Virus record (IMG/VR): IMGVR_UViG_3300027711_000002
Location: 1 to 56,152 of that record
Length of the DNA stretch: 56,152 bases
Origin: a virus
Taxonomy: Duplodnaviria > Caudoviricetes
Strand: one strand, 5' to 3'
Part shown: positions 24,619 through 35,295 of the stretch, in pieces
Numbering within the stretch: the stretch's first letter is position 1
Layout of the letters: each line of letters starts with the position of its first letter
Notes under the pieces: generated by a model
Seen by the model: the letters and a program-made list of their open reading frames with translations, nothing else
The model's database searches: none
What the model was told of the DNA's origin: nothing
Made by a program: the position numbers and the translations under genes

Positions 24619-25047
24619 ATGGCCACCAACGAGATCTTCAAGGAAGCCGACTACCTCTCCCTGCCGGTCCCGGAGGGCACCCTGTCCGGTGACCCCGTGC
24701 TGGTGGGCGAGCTGGTCGGTGTCGCCCAGACGTCCGAGGGCGACAACAGCTACACCTCCACCCCGATCCGGCGCGCGATGGGCGACCCGGCGTGGAACAC
24801 CGTGCCCGCCTCCACCGGTGGGAACGAGGCTGGTTACGCCAGCGTCGCTCTCAAGGGTGCGTTCGCCTTCGAGATCGAGGGCGGCGACGCGCTGACCCAC
24901 GGCACCGCCGTGGGCATCAGCGAGGGCACCGGCCCCGATGGGCGGAACGTGCTGGTCACCGGTGCCGGTGACGCGCGCTTCGGTCACGTGGTCGGGCACA
25001 CCTCTGACGGCCGTGTGGTCGTCCGTATCGCCAACCCGGTCGCGTAG
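24619..25047 (+). CDS. Capsid decoration/cement protein (DUF2190-like)
   Basis: MATN...SGDPVLVGELVGVA; directly before the major capsid gene. Confidence 0.75.
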   Translation: MATNEIFKEADYLSLPVPEGTLSGDPVLVGELVGVAQTSEGDNSYTSTPIRRAMGDPAWNTVPASTGGNEAGYASVALKGAFAFEIEGGDALTHGTAVGISEGTGPDGRNVLVTGAGDARFGHVVGHTSDGRVVVRIANPVA

Positions 25048-25058
25048 GAGAGGACCTG

Positions 25059-26213
25059 ATGTACAAGATCAACACGCCCGTCGAGCTGGCGCAGAAGCTG
25101 GCCGAGGCGTACAAGGGCGGGTTCATGGCCCGCGCGCAGCTCAAGGAAGCGCTGTCCACCTCGGACATGCCCGAGCTGTTCCGCGTCATGACCCAGTACG
25201 CACTGCTCGGGCAGTACGAGCAGATCCAGCCCCAGTGGCGCGAGTTCTCCACCCCGTGGCAGGTCTCGGACTTCCGGCCGCAGCGCTTCATGCGCTGGGA
25301 GTCGGACATGTCCCAGATGATCAACTCCAACGGTGGGTTCGAGCGGCACAGCCTGGCGCTGCCCCGCATCCCCGAGCTGACCGAGTACCCGACCTTCTCC
25401 CTCGAAGCCGAGGAGGAGCTGTTCGGGATCAACAAGTACGGTGGTCGCTACGCCTTCAGCTTCGAGGCGTTCCTGAACGACGAGTACCAGGTCATCCAGA
25501 CCCTCCCGGGCGAGATGGCCAACTCGGCGCGCGACACCGAGGACGTCCTGACCACGGGTGTGCTCGCCACGGAGGACGGCCCCAACCCGGCGTTCTTCAA
25601 CACCGGCTGGGACTTCGGCCCCCGGGCTCCCCAGGGCAACATCTTCCCGGACAACCCGCCGCTCACCATGGACACCCTCCAGGAGGCCGTGAACCTGGTG
25701 GCGCAGCGCACCCTGGGCAACGGCACCCGGCCGGTGCGTGTGCGCTCGTTCGTCCTGGTCGTGCCTCCGTCCTTGGAGCTGACCGCCAACACCATCCTGG
25801 CCCAGGCCAACATCATCCGGCGCGTGCCGGACGGTAGTGGTGGTGAGCTGGAGACCACGATGGCCAACCCGCTGCGCGGGCGTGTGCGCGTGGTGGTCAA
25901 CGAGTGGCTGCCCATCCTGGACACCTCCGACAACAGCGCGACCACCTGGTACCTGCTCCCGGACGGTGCGGGCTCGGCGGGCAACCGTCGCCCGGCGATC
26001 ATCACCACCTTCATGTCCGGCCGCGAGGCTCCCGAGCTGCGGATCTCCGGGGACACCGGCCGCTACATCGGCGGCGGCGAGGTTCCGGGCACCGAGGGTT
26101 CGTTCCTGAACGACGACGTTCAGTACCGCGTCCGCCACATCACCGGTGCGGCCGGTGTGGACCCCTCCGGCACGCTGGTGTCGGACGGTTCCGGCGAGCC
26201 CAGCGGCAGCTAG
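25059..26213 (+). CDS. Major capsid protein
   Basis: EALSTSD, KYGGRYAFSFE, LVVPPSL, YRVRH; size and position. Confidence 0.9.
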   Translation: MYKINTPVELAQKLAEAYKGGFMARAQLKEALSTSDMPELFRVMTQYALLGQYEQIQPQWREFSTPWQVSDFRPQRFMRWESDMSQMINSNGGFERHSLALPRIPELTEYPTFSLEAEEELFGINKYGGRYAFSFEAFLNDEYQVIQTLPGEMANSARDTEDVLTTGVLATEDGPNPAFFNTGWDFGPRAPQGNIFPDNPPLTMDTLQEAVNLVAQRTLGNGTRPVRVRSFVLVVPPSLELTANTILAQANIIRRVPDGSGGELETTMANPLRGRVRVVVNEWLPILDTSDNSATTWYLLPDGAGSAGNRRPAIITTFMSGREAPELRISGDTGRYIGGGEVPGTEGSFLNDDVQYRVRHITGAAGVDPSGTLVSDGSGEPSGS

Positions 26214-26231
26214 CAGAGAGGAGGGCGAGAC

Positions 26232-26594
26232 GTGACGGTTCAACAGGTCAGGCACCTCATCCCGGACTTCGAGGAAGTCGATTGGGAGGACAACGCCTCG
26301 CCCTCCAACCTGTTCCCGGACGAGGTCATCCAGACCTACCTGGATGTCAACGACGGCAACGTCAAGCGCGCGGCAGCACAGGCGTGTCGCGCGCTGGCAG
26401 TGTCCGAGGCCCTGATCTCCAAGGTGATCAAGACCGAGGACTTGCAGACGGACGGCGCGAAGGTGGCCAACGCCCTGCTCGGCGTGGCCCGCGACCTTGA
26501 GCAGTCCGCCGACCGGGACGACGAACGCGACGACAACAGCGCGTTCGACATCATCCCCTTCTACCCCCGCCCTCCCATCTACTGGCCGAGGTGA
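26232..26594 (+). CDS. Head-to-tail adaptor
   Basis: QVRHLIPD...KTEDLQTDGAKVA; position. Confidence 0.8.
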   Translation: MTVQQVRHLIPDFEEVDWEDNASPSNLFPDEVIQTYLDVNDGNVKRAAAQACRALAVSEALISKVIKTEDLQTDGAKVANALLGVARDLEQSADRDDERDDNSAFDIIPFYPRPPIYWPR

Positions 26595-26597
26595 CAC

Positions 26598-27068
26598 GTG
26601 GCTGTTAACGCGCGCTGGTCTTTGGACCCCCGGTGGATGCTTCACCACCGCAGGGTGCCCAAGGGCTTCATGCTGCGCGGAATCGAGATCCACGTGCAGA
26701 ACGCGCCAGTTTCGGGCTGGGACCCTGAGACCAACGAACTGATCGGCGGCGGCACCTCTGTGATCTGGACGGGCAAGGCCCGCATCCAGGGCAACAAGGA
26801 CTGGCGTGCCAGGTCGGTACGCTCGGGCAACGACCCGCAGATGCTCCACTACGTGCGTGTGCAGATCCCCTTCGGGCCGAACAACCCCGTGCCGCACATC
26901 CCCGTGGACTCCATCATCAAGATCATGCCGCCGGACCCGGACAGCACCTGGCCGCAGGACGACGACCTCGGTTCGTACACGCTGCGTGTGCGCAACACCA
27001 TCAACAGCTCCAACCCCTGGCTGCGCAACCTGTTGTGCGGCGCGGACGTGAGTGAGGCGTCTCCCTGA
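26598..27068 (+). CDS. Head-to-tail stopper (DUF6093-like)
   Basis: WDPET...IWTGKARIQ; position. Confidence 0.7.
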   Translation: MAVNARWSLDPRWMLHHRRVPKGFMLRGIEIHVQNAPVSGWDPETNELIGGGTSVIWTGKARIQGNKDWRARSVRSGNDPQMLHYVRVQIPFGPNNPVPHIPVDSIIKIMPPDPDSTWPQDDDLGSYTLRVRNTINSSNPWLRNLLCGADVSEASP

Positions 27069-27466
27069 TGGCCGAGTTCCGGTGGTACCACACCTACCGC
27101 CCCAGAAGCAGCAGGCGATTCACCTACGACGACGGTGAGTCCAGCCTGGCGCTCTGGGCGACCGACCAGCTCAACCTGAAATACGACCAGCTTGTGGCGT
27201 TCTTCGGGGAGGAGATGCTGACCGCGCGCCAGTCAGTGCGTGTGCGCTCTCGCGTAGACACAGGGCGTATGCGCTCGGAGGTCGAGTCCTACCAGTTCGC
27301 TTCACTGACCCTGGTGGGCATCGAGTTCGGCTGGGCCGAGGGCAATCCGCACTATGCCCCCTACCAGGAGTTCGGCGTGCCCTCGCACAACATCAAGCCG
27401 ATGCGCGCTGTACAGCAGACCTACCATGAGGTCTGGGGTCGGACACGGACGGAGGTGGCGCGGTAG
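27068..27466 (+). CDS. Neck protein (HK97 gp10-like)
   Basis: RVDTGRMR, YAPYQEFG, IKPM. Confidence 0.7.
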   Translation: MAEFRWYHTYRPRSSRRFTYDDGESSLALWATDQLNLKYDQLVAFFGEEMLTARQSVRVRSRVDTGRMRSEVESYQFASLTLVGIEFGWAEGNPHYAPYQEFGVPSHNIKPMRAVQQTYHEVWGRTRTEVAR

Positions 27467-27897
27467 TGGCCAACCTGCGTGACTGGCAGAAAGCCATCCT
27501 GGCCCGGCTGCACGAGCTGCTGCCCGTGGACCAGGTGTATGAAGAAGGCGTCCCCGACGAGGCAGAGTTGCCGATGTACGACTCACGCAAAGTGAAGCCG
27601 TACGTCGTCGCCTGGTGGGGTCAGCGAGTGGATGGGGGCCTCGGCTTCAATTCACTCGGTGGTGTGCGTACGAATGCGCACACGGTACCGTTTATCTTGC
27701 AGATCTGTGGACCCACAGGACCCGCCGTGAGGGATCTGGCCGAAGCGGTCAGCGACCTTCTGCTGGGCTTCCAGCCTCTGGGCGAGGGAGAGCTGCGGGA
27801 GGACGGTGCTGGGACGATCCGGCAGCCTCTGGACATGTCGGGTGTCAACAGTCGATACCAGGTGCCGGTGTCCTACGTCGGCACCGTAGACGTATAG
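27466..27897 (+). CDS. Tail terminator
   Basis: KPYVVAW; position before the major tail gene. Confidence 0.7.
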   Translation: MANLRDWQKAILARLHELLPVDQVYEEGVPDEAELPMYDSRKVKPYVVAWWGQRVDGGLGFNSLGGVRTNAHTVPFILQICGPTGPAVRDLAEAVSDLLLGFQPLGEGELREDGAGTIRQPLDMSGVNSRYQVPVSYVGTVDV

Positions 27898-27909
27898 AAG
27901 GAGGGCCAA

Positions 27910-28446
27910 GTGGCCGGAGAGGTCAAGATGCTCCCCCCGAACATTCGGGTGGACTGGATTCCTGTCACCGAGGGTGACCCAGGCATCGAGGACGTGAACG
28001 CGCCCACCGCCGAGGAGCTGAACGCAGGCGAGAACATCACCTGCGCCATCACCTCGCCGGACTACACGCTCGGATGGACCGAGCGTGACACCGACGACAC
28101 GAAGAGCCTCTGCGACGACAGCAACGTGGCCAACCCGGTCTACAAGAACTACGAGGGCAACCTCACGTTCTTCCGCGACCGGGACAGCACGAACGCTCTG
28201 TCGGCGTACAACATCGCGTACGAGCTGTTCAAGACGCCGCTCCAGCAGGGGTACCTGGTCGAGCGCGTCGGCAAGCCGCACGATGAGCCGTACGTGGACG
28301 GCGACGAGGTCTCCGTCTTCCTCTTCCTGAGCGGCGACCCCCGGACCCTACACGAGGACGGCGTGCCGATCCGGATGCAGGTTCCGTTCTACGCCCAGGG
28401 CCGGTCCTCGGAGGGCATCGTCACCGTGGGTGGCGCTGTCTCCTAA
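27910..28446 (+). CDS. Major tail tube protein
   Basis: APTAEELNAG...SLCD...GYLVERVGK. Confidence 0.85.
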   Translation: MAGEVKMLPPNIRVDWIPVTEGDPGIEDVNAPTAEELNAGENITCAITSPDYTLGWTERDTDDTKSLCDDSNVANPVYKNYEGNLTFFRDRDSTNALSAYNIAYELFKTPLQQGYLVERVGKPHDEPYVDGDEVSVFLFLSGDPRTLHEDGVPIRMQVPFYAQGRSSEGIVTVGGAVS

Positions 28447-28539
28447 ACTGGGGAGAAGCATCAGCGGGGTGTGCGCGGGCTCCCGTGTCGTTCGCGCACA
28501 CCCTCTTGACACGGGTGACACGGAAGGAAGAGGACGAGC

Positions 28540-29223
28540 ATGAGCGAGAACGAGAGCGGCCAGCTCACCGAGGAGCAGGTGGCCGAGCTGGAGAACCTGG
28601 ACGCCGAGACCTTCGACCTGGACGAGTTCCTGGACCGGAAGTGGAGCTACCCCGCCTTCAGCGCCACGGTGTACCTGGACGGCGAGAAGGCCGGGCGGAT
28701 CAACGACATCGACCGCCGCGTCAAGGACCTGCGCCGGACCATCGAGGAGAAGCAGAAGGCCGCCAAGCAGTCCGGGGTCGGATCAAGCCTGGCCGGGGGC
28801 ACCTTCGCGGACACCTACGAGGAGGAACAGGAGATCTCCGAGCTGCGTGAGCAGCGTGAGGCCCTGTCCGAGAAGTTCCGTACCAGCTCGCTCAAGTTCG
28901 TCTTCCGCCTGTCCATGCCCTCGGACGAGGTCCACAAGGAGTCCGAGAAGCTGACGAAGCGGAAGTTCCCCAACGTCAAGGACATCGACAAGGACGAGGA
29001 GGCGGCGACCTACCGGGGCAAGTGCCTCATGCTCGCCACCATCCACGGCATCTACAACCACGCCGGTGCCCAGTTCGGCGGTGACCTGACGGTGGAGAAG
29101 CTGGACAAGCTCTACGCCCGGCTCGTCCCCAGCGAGCGCCAGAAGCTGGAGTCCAACATGGTGCTGGCCATCTCGGGCGGCAACGTGATGCAGCGCGCGG
29201 CCGATGCCGGGTTTCCTGGCTGA
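28540..29223 (+). CDS. Tail assembly chaperone (G)
   Basis: Between major tail and tape measure; ends GGG TTT CCT GGC TGA. Confidence 0.75.
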   Translation: MSENESGQLTEEQVAELENLDAETFDLDEFLDRKWSYPAFSATVYLDGEKAGRINDIDRRVKDLRRTIEEKQKAAKQSGVGSSLAGGTFADTYEEEQEISELREQREALSEKFRTSSLKFVFRLSMPSDEVHKESEKLTKRKFPNVKDIDKDEEAATYRGKCLMLATIHGIYNHAGAQFGGDLTVEKLDKLYARLVPSERQKLESNMVLAISGGNVMQRAADAGFPG

Positions 29224-29623
29224 GGTCCTGGCCAAGCCGCACAACAGGAACTACCTGACGGCGGTGAAGACCGCGCGTGAGTGGAAGGTCCCCCCGCGTA
29301 CCATGATCCACGGCGCACAGCCGGGAGAGTGGACGCGGGAGGACGTCCTGCTGGCCAACGCACTCACGGTCCTGGAGAATGAGACCTGCAAGGAGTGCGG
29401 TATCCCGGCCTGGTGGGGCTACAGTACGGACAACCGGATTCTCTTCAAGACTGAGACGTCGCACTGCTACGGCTGCGAAGAGCTGGAGAAGGCCAGAGAC
29501 AAGGCCAGTAAGGACAAGTCGAACAAGGGCTTCGGGGATACGATCTACCCTGTGCCCTACATGTTCGGGGGCAAGGAACCTCTGCCTTCGAGGCGAGAGT
29601 CGTACGAGAGTCGGAGGCAGTAG
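29204..29623 (+). CDS. Tail assembly chaperone (T part), in the +1 frame
   Basis: Overlaps G; no SD before its ATG; CKECG..W and CYGC. Confidence 0.7.
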   Translation: MPGFLAEVLAKPHNRNYLTAVKTAREWKVPPRTMIHGAQPGEWTREDVLLANALTVLENETCKECGIPAWWGYSTDNRILFKTETSHCYGCEELEKARDKASKDKSNKGFGDTIYPVPYMFGGKEPLPSRRESYESRRQ

Positions 29624-32600
29624 ATGACGGCGGCCTATGAAGCCAAGGCACGTATCACCGTTGATACCAGCCAGCTTCTGCGTGCTTCGCGCGAAGCGGC
29701 CCGCAGCATCGGCACTCTGACGGCGGCCACACGCGAGGCCACCGCTGCCCTGAACAGCATGGAGCGTTCGGGCCGCACCGCTGCACAGGCGATGCGGCCC
29801 TTCGCCTCTATGATGCAGACGCTGGCGGCCGACAGTCGGCAGGCTGACACGGCGAACCAGCAGCTCTCCCGAGGGCTGCGCGAGAACGCCACCGCCTTCA
29901 CCACGGCTTCCGAGTCGGCACAGCAGTACCAGCAGAACCAGACCATGACGGCGGCCGGTGCCCGCCGCCTGGCCCGTGAGATCGTGGACACCGACGAGCG
30001 CCTGTCCCAGGTGCGCCGGGCCATGGACATGGGGGTCAACTCCGCAGGCGAGTTGGACACCGCGTACACCACTCTGCGGCAGGAACTCCAGCGCCTGCGC
30101 CAGACCTACGACAGCCTCGGTACCGGGCAGCGGCAGGCCGTCCGGTCCCAGATGAACCTCATCACCGCACAGCGAGACGCCAGCCAGGCCGCCCGCGATG
30201 CCGATGCGGCTGCGCGCGAGGTGAACAAGCAGCGCATGGAGCAGGTGCGCATCGCTGTGCGTGCTGCGGAGCAGGAGGCCAAAGCCGCTGCCGCCGCAGA
30301 CCGTGCTGCGCAGAAGCAGCGCGAGCTTGCAGCTTCCGCCCGGCAGGCCGCACAAGGGCAGCAGAGGCTCGCGCAGACCGGTGGGGCAGTGGCGGCCGGG
30401 CTCGCCCAGAGCACGCGCGCTGTAGGCGGTCTGGACAGCTCTCTGTGGGCTCTGCGCTCTTCGGTCGGTGAAATCGAAGGGATGCTCTACAGCCTCCAGA
30501 ACACGTCGATCCGTGTTTCGCGGGCAATGTGGGAGAACTTCTCCACGCAGGAGATGGCCATCGCCCAGATTGCCCGTGTATCACAGGCGACGGTCTCCGA
30601 ACTCGACACCATCGTCGGTGCCGTGCGGAATATGAGTCGTGAGATCCCCATTGCCTTCGAGGAACTCGCGGAGATCACCAAGCTCGGCTCTCAGGTCGGT
30701 GTGGCCAACGAATACCTGATCGAGTTCACCGAGACGGTGGCTCTGTTCGCGGCGACTTCTGAAGTCACTGCGGATGAGACGTCCACGCTTCTTGCCCGCA
30801 TCACGCAGATGGCTGATGTTCCGCAGGATGAGGTTATGAACCTCGGCTCTGCCATCGCCTTCTTGGGATCGAACTCCGCAGCCACCGATAAGGAGATCCT
30901 GAACACGGTCGAGTCGATTGCGACCGTTGGTAACCAGGCCGGTCTCAGCGAGACAGCCATTGTGGGTCTGGGTGGTGCAATGGCCTCTCTGCGTATTCGT
31001 CCCGAGCTTGCTCGTGGTGCTATGCAGCGAGTCTTCAACCACCTGGAAGTCAGCGCCCGTGGTGCTGGCGACTCCATGCAGATCTTGACCGACATCACTG
31101 GCCAGAGTCAGGATGCGCTGCTCGACCTTCTGGACAGCGGCGACAACGCCGACCAGTTCTTCTGGACGATCATCTCCAGTCTGAACGAGATGTACAAGGA
31201 GGGGACCAACCTCATCCCTGTGCTTCGTGAGATGGGGATCATCAACACCCGAGACGTTGACATGCTGGCACGACTCGCAGCCAACTGGGATGTGGTCAAG
31301 GATTCGGTAACGAACGCCAGCACTGCGTACGAAGATGCTACGTACTTGTACAGTGAGTCGGATCGTATTTTCAACACGCTGACCGCGCGTGTGCAGTTGA
31401 TGTCTAACGCCTGGAACGAGTTCCTGTTCAACGCGGTCCAAGCCATCGCTCCCTTCATCACCAGGCTGGTCGAGGGTACTACCTCGATGATCCAGTTCTT
31501 GGACTCGATCGACGCCGCTCCGGTGTTGGGCTGGAGCATCGTGGCTCTGGCGGCTGCTGCCGCGTTGGGAACCTTGGGTATCGCAGGCACGACGGTGGTT
31601 CGTGGTCTTCTGGCACTGCGTACCGCACAGATGGCCGTTACTGGGGTCTTCAGCACTGGAACCGCAGCCACGGCAGCCAATACGGCCTCGCTGCTGGCGA
31701 ACACGCGCAGCGTGGGGGCGAACACGGCTTCGCGCCTGGCCGCTGTGACGTCGATGAACTCGTTCACGATTGCATCCAACGCGGCCACTGCGGGTATGGC
31801 GAGGTTCACGGCTGCTGCGTCGGCTGCTGGTGCCGCTGTGCGAACGCTCGGTTCAGTGCTGGGCTCACTAGCAGGGTTCGGTGCGCTTCTTGCCGGTGTT
31901 TCCGCTCTGGTGCTGGCCTACCAGGACTTTGCTCGCGCCGCTGACAGCTCCAGTGAGTCTGTAGTCAGAGCCAACAGGCAGTACCTTGAAGCCGCTGGAG
32001 GTAGTAAGGCCCTTCAAGATGCGCTCGCTGCTGATACGGCTGCCTACCGAGCGGCGCGGGACGCGGCGTTCGAGCAGATCGACGCCCTGGACAACACCAC
32101 CAACGCCTACTCCCAGTCGGCTCAGGCCATCCTGGAGCACTCACGCTTCCGTGTACTCAGCAACCGGGAGGGTATCGAGTCCGATCGTGAAGCACAGCAG
32201 TCCGCTGAGGACCTCGCCAGGGCACAGGAAGCCATCGCTGGGGTCCTTCGGGAGTCGGGTGACAGTGCTCGGGGTCAGGCTGATGCCATGGCGGAGTTGG
32301 AGCAAGCCACCAGCGATGCGGCTGACGCTCCCGTGGGTCTGTTCGACGCTCAGGAACGTCTCCGTGATGCGACCGTAGACACTACGGAGGCGGTGCAGGA
32401 CAACATCGTCGCTGTTGGTCTGGCCGCTCGTGCGTATGGTGCCGCTGTACTCGACGCAGCGCTCATGGAGACTGCCGCGTACAACAATGCGGAAGCACTG
32501 GAGGTCATGAAGGACGCCGGTGTGGACCTGGGGGCGGCGCTCACACTGGAGATGGCCAACGCTGGAGATGGCGTTGCTCTGTTGGACGCACAAGTCCAGG

Positions 32601-34084
32601 CCATGTACGGCAACATGACCACGGGGCAAAAGACGTTGGACCACATGGCCAACGCGCTCCGTGTGGTCACCTTCGGTACCGTGGATCTGCGCTCTGAGCA
32701 GGCTTTGGCGCTGGATGCCACACACGACATGAGTGAGGCGCTCGAAGCGGTAACGGCTTCGATGCTCGGTACAGTGTCCGCCCAGGATCTCATGGTCGGC
32801 GAAACCCTGCGGTTGAAGGATGGCACTGAGGTCACCGCGATGGAACTCTCGGAGATGGATCTCCAGGCGGAGATCATGTCCGACACCATCACGGGGCTGG
32901 GCATTAGCGTGAACACCCTCGCTGAGGGCTTCGCTTCCTTCATCGATCCCTTGACCGCTTGGGGTGATGCGCTAGCCGTAGCCAATGATGGGCTCGAAGA
33001 CCAATTCGCCAGCTTGCTGGAGGTAGAGGGCGGCTTCAGCCTCTATCTGGATCAGTTGCAGATCGCCAGTGAAGCTCAAATGGAGTGGGCTCAGAACCTC
33101 CTCCAGCTCTCTGCTGACGGCGTTCCAGCGGATGTCGTGGCCGGACTTACCGAGATGGGTTCCGAGGGCGCTGAGATCGTTCAGGGGCTCGTTAACGCTA
33201 CAGACGAGGAAGTGGCCCGCTTCGTCGATCTGTGGCGACAGGGTGGAGGTCAGGTACTCGATGACTTCAGCCTTGTATTCGCCGACTTCATGGTGCAGGC
33301 CGCCCAGGCTGGTGACCAGGGCGGTGTGGACTTCGCCAACAACCTGCTAGAGCAGGTGGGTGAGGGCGAAATCTCCATGGGTGAGGCCGTAGACCGCATG
33401 ACCGAGTACGCCGAGACGGAGTTCGACAACGCCGACCCCACGTTGGAGTTCTACGGCGACGCCACTGAGGCTCTGGAAGAGATGAACAGCCTCCTCTCTG
33501 ACATCGAAACGTTGATGCGAGAGGCCAACGAGGCTGCGGTTGTCGAACCTACTACCAGCACCGGAGGGTTCTGGGAATCCATTACCGGTTGGTGGGACTC
33601 GGTCAAGGGTTGGTGGAACCGTAACGTCCGCTTGACGGTCAGCCCGACCGTGTCTACGGGGGCTGGCGGACAGTACGGATCTCAGGGCCATAAGGACGGT
33701 GGTTGGGTCTCCGGACCTGGCGGCACACGCCAGGACAAGATTCCTGCGCTGCTCTCGGACCGGGAGTTCGTCGTCAACGCCCGGTCGGCTCGGGAGTTCG
33801 GACCGCTGCTGGAGTGGATCAACCGCCAGAACAGTTCGGGTGGGGCGCAGGTCCTCACGCCGAACTTCGTTCCGGACGACATCTTCCGCATCCCCCGACG
33901 TCCGCTCAGCGCCATGCGCGATTCGGCCCCGGCGGGTGTGCGCCGTAGTCTGTCCTCGGTGCGCCGACCGGATGTCAGCGGCTGGAAGATCCAGATCAAC
34001 AACCAGTACCCGCAGGCTGAGCCCACTTCGGTCACGGTCAACCGCGCGCTGGCCTACGCTGCCGCCCTGGACGGAGTGGACTGA
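29624..34084 (+). CDS. Tape measure protein
   Basis: 1486 aa, Ala-rich, TP901-like core, C-terminal GPGG..QDKIPALLSDREFVVNA. Confidence 0.95.
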   Translation: MTAAYEAKARITVDTSQLLRASREAARSIGTLTAATREATAALNSMERSGRTAAQAMRPFASMMQTLAADSRQADTANQQLSRGLRENATAFTTASESAQQYQQNQTMTAAGARRLAREIVDTDERLSQVRRAMDMGVNSAGELDTAYTTLRQELQRLRQTYDSLGTGQRQAVRSQMNLITAQRDASQAARDADAAAREVNKQRMEQVRIAVRAAEQEAKAAAAADRAAQKQRELAASARQAAQGQQRLAQTGGAVAAGLAQSTRAVGGLDSSLWALRSSVGEIEGMLYSLQNTSIRVSRAMWENFSTQEMAIAQIARVSQATVSELDTIVGAVRNMSREIPIAFEELAEITKLGSQVGVANEYLIEFTETVALFAATSEVTADETSTLLARITQMADVPQDEVMNLGSAIAFLGSNSAATDKEILNTVESIATVGNQAGLSETAIVGLGGAMASLRIRPELARGAMQRVFNHLEVSARGAGDSMQILTDITGQSQDALLDLLDSGDNADQFFWTIISSLNEMYKEGTNLIPVLREMGIINTRDVDMLARLAANWDVVKDSVTNASTAYEDATYLYSESDRIFNTLTARVQLMSNAWNEFLFNAVQAIAPFITRLVEGTTSMIQFLDSIDAAPVLGWSIVALAAAAALGTLGIAGTTVVRGLLALRTAQMAVTGVFSTGTAATAANTASLLANTRSVGANTASRLAAVTSMNSFTIASNAATAGMARFTAAASAAGAAVRTLGSVLGSLAGFGALLAGVSALVLAYQDFARAADSSSESVVRANRQYLEAAGGSKALQDALAADTAAYRAARDAAFEQIDALDNTTNAYSQSAQAILEHSRFRVLSNREGIESDREAQQSAEDLARAQEAIAGVLRESGDSARGQADAMAELEQATSDAADAPVGLFDAQERLRDATVDTTEAVQDNIVAVGLAARAYGAAVLDAALMETAAYNNAEALEVMKDAGVDLGAALTLEMANAGDGVALLDAQVQAMYGNMTTGQKTLDHMANALRVVTFGTVDLRSEQALALDATHDMSEALEAVTASMLGTVSAQDLMVGETLRLKDGTEVTAMELSEMDLQAEIMSDTITGLGISVNTLAEGFASFIDPLTAWGDALAVANDGLEDQFASLLEVEGGFSLYLDQLQIASEAQMEWAQNLLQLSADGVPADVVAGLTEMGSEGAEIVQGLVNATDEEVARFVDLWRQGGGQVLDDFSLVFADFMVQAAQAGDQGGVDFANNLLEQVGEGEISMGEAVDRMTEYAETEFDNADPTLEFYGDATEALEEMNSLLSDIETLMREANEAAVVEPTTSTGGFWESITGWWDSVKGWWNRNVRLTVSPTVSTGAGGQYGSQGHKDGGWVSGPGGTRQDKIPALLSDREFVVNARSAREFGPLLEWINRQNSSGGAQVLTPNFVPDDIFRIPRRPLSAMRDSAPAGVRRSLSSVRRPDVSGWKIQINNQYPQAEPTSVTVNRALAYAAALDGVD

Positions 34085-34923
34085 TGCTCGAATACACGAT
34101 CGAAGGCTTCAACCTGCACCAACCCGAGCTGGGGTTCCAGCTTCTGGAGGGGAGCAGCTACGCTGCGGAGATCGCTCCTCGCAGGGTGAACCTGGAGGTG
34201 CCGGGTGTGCACGGGGAGATCCCGCAGTGGAACGACCCGCTCTCCAGCACCAACATGACCTTCAATGTGCGCATCCGTGACCAGAATCCGGTGGGGCTGC
34301 GACAGAAGTGGCAGTACCTTCGATCGCTCATGCGCACAGGAGGCAACAATCCTGTGACTGTGCGTCGTTTGGAGGAAGGTCAGGTCACTTCGACGCAGAT
34401 GCAGTTGCTCTCGATGAGCGAGCCGGACTTCTACTGCGCCGCCGGGATGATCACCACCACGATCATGCTGCACAACCCCTCGGGAAGGTGGCAGAGCATC
34501 AACGCCAGTGAGCAGCAGCTCACCATCCCCGGCACTGACCAGGTGGTAACGGTGGCTGCGGCGTCGTCCGGCCCCATCACAGATGCCCTGGTGCGTGTGC
34601 GTGGTCCTGTGTCCAACGTTATCGTGCGGGACAACACCAGCGACACGGGGTTCCAGTGGCAGCTCAGCCCGGTGATCAGCGCCAGCCAGTACCTTCTGGT
34701 GGACTGCGCGACCTACACGGCGTGGCGCAACACGACCGATGACTGGGAACAGCGTGGCTCGGACGTCAGTTCGGGACTGCGCACGATCGGCAACGGTATG
34801 CTGTCCCTGGTGTCCGTTCCTTCGTTCGTCGTGGGCAACAACTCGAACTCCGTGACGGTGTCAGCAGCGGGCACGACGAGCAATACTGAGCTGACCATCC
34901 TGGCTCGACAGACGCACATCTAG
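34084..34923 (+). CDS. Distal tail protein
   Basis: Follows tape measure; VPGVHG motif. Confidence 0.75.
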   Translation: MLEYTIEGFNLHQPELGFQLLEGSSYAAEIAPRRVNLEVPGVHGEIPQWNDPLSSTNMTFNVRIRDQNPVGLRQKWQYLRSLMRTGGNNPVTVRRLEEGQVTSTQMQLLSMSEPDFYCAAGMITTTIMLHNPSGRWQSINASEQQLTIPGTDQVVTVAAASSGPITDALVRVRGPVSNVIVRDNTSDTGFQWQLSPVISASQYLLVDCATYTAWRNTTDDWEQRGSDVSSGLRTIGNGMLSLVSVPSFVVGNNSNSVTVSAAGTTSNTELTILARQTHI

Positions 34924-34932
34924 GAGGAACGC

Positions 34933-35280
34933 ATGGCTTTCCAGAACACGCTCTTCAACGTGGCGCTGGACGCGATGGCGGGGGCCATCACGTCGATCTC
35001 GCTGCACGAGTCGGACCCCGGCGGCACGGGTGCCAACGAGGTGAGCGGGGGTGCCTACGCTCGCCAGACCCCGAGCTGGGGCGCGGCCACGGCGGGCTCG
35101 GTGGGCATCGACACCCCGGCCGAGTTCGAGATCCCCGGCGGCAGCACCGTGGCCTACGTCGGCCTGTGGAGCGCTGGTCCGCAGTGGGAGGGCTCGATCA
35201 TCCTGGACAACTCCGAGGTCTACGCAGGCGACGGCACCTTCACCCTGACTCAGCTTTCCATCACCGCGTCCAACGCTTAG
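34933..35280 (+). CDS. Minor tail protein
   Basis: ISLHESDPG..GANEVSGGAYARQ motif. Confidence 0.75.
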   Translation: MAFQNTLFNVALDAMAGAITSISLHESDPGGTGANEVSGGAYARQTPSWGAATAGSVGIDTPAEFEIPGGSTVAYVGLWSAGPQWEGSIILDNSEVYAGDGTFTLTQLSITASNA

Positions 35281-35295
35281 TCCAAGGAGGCTGCC

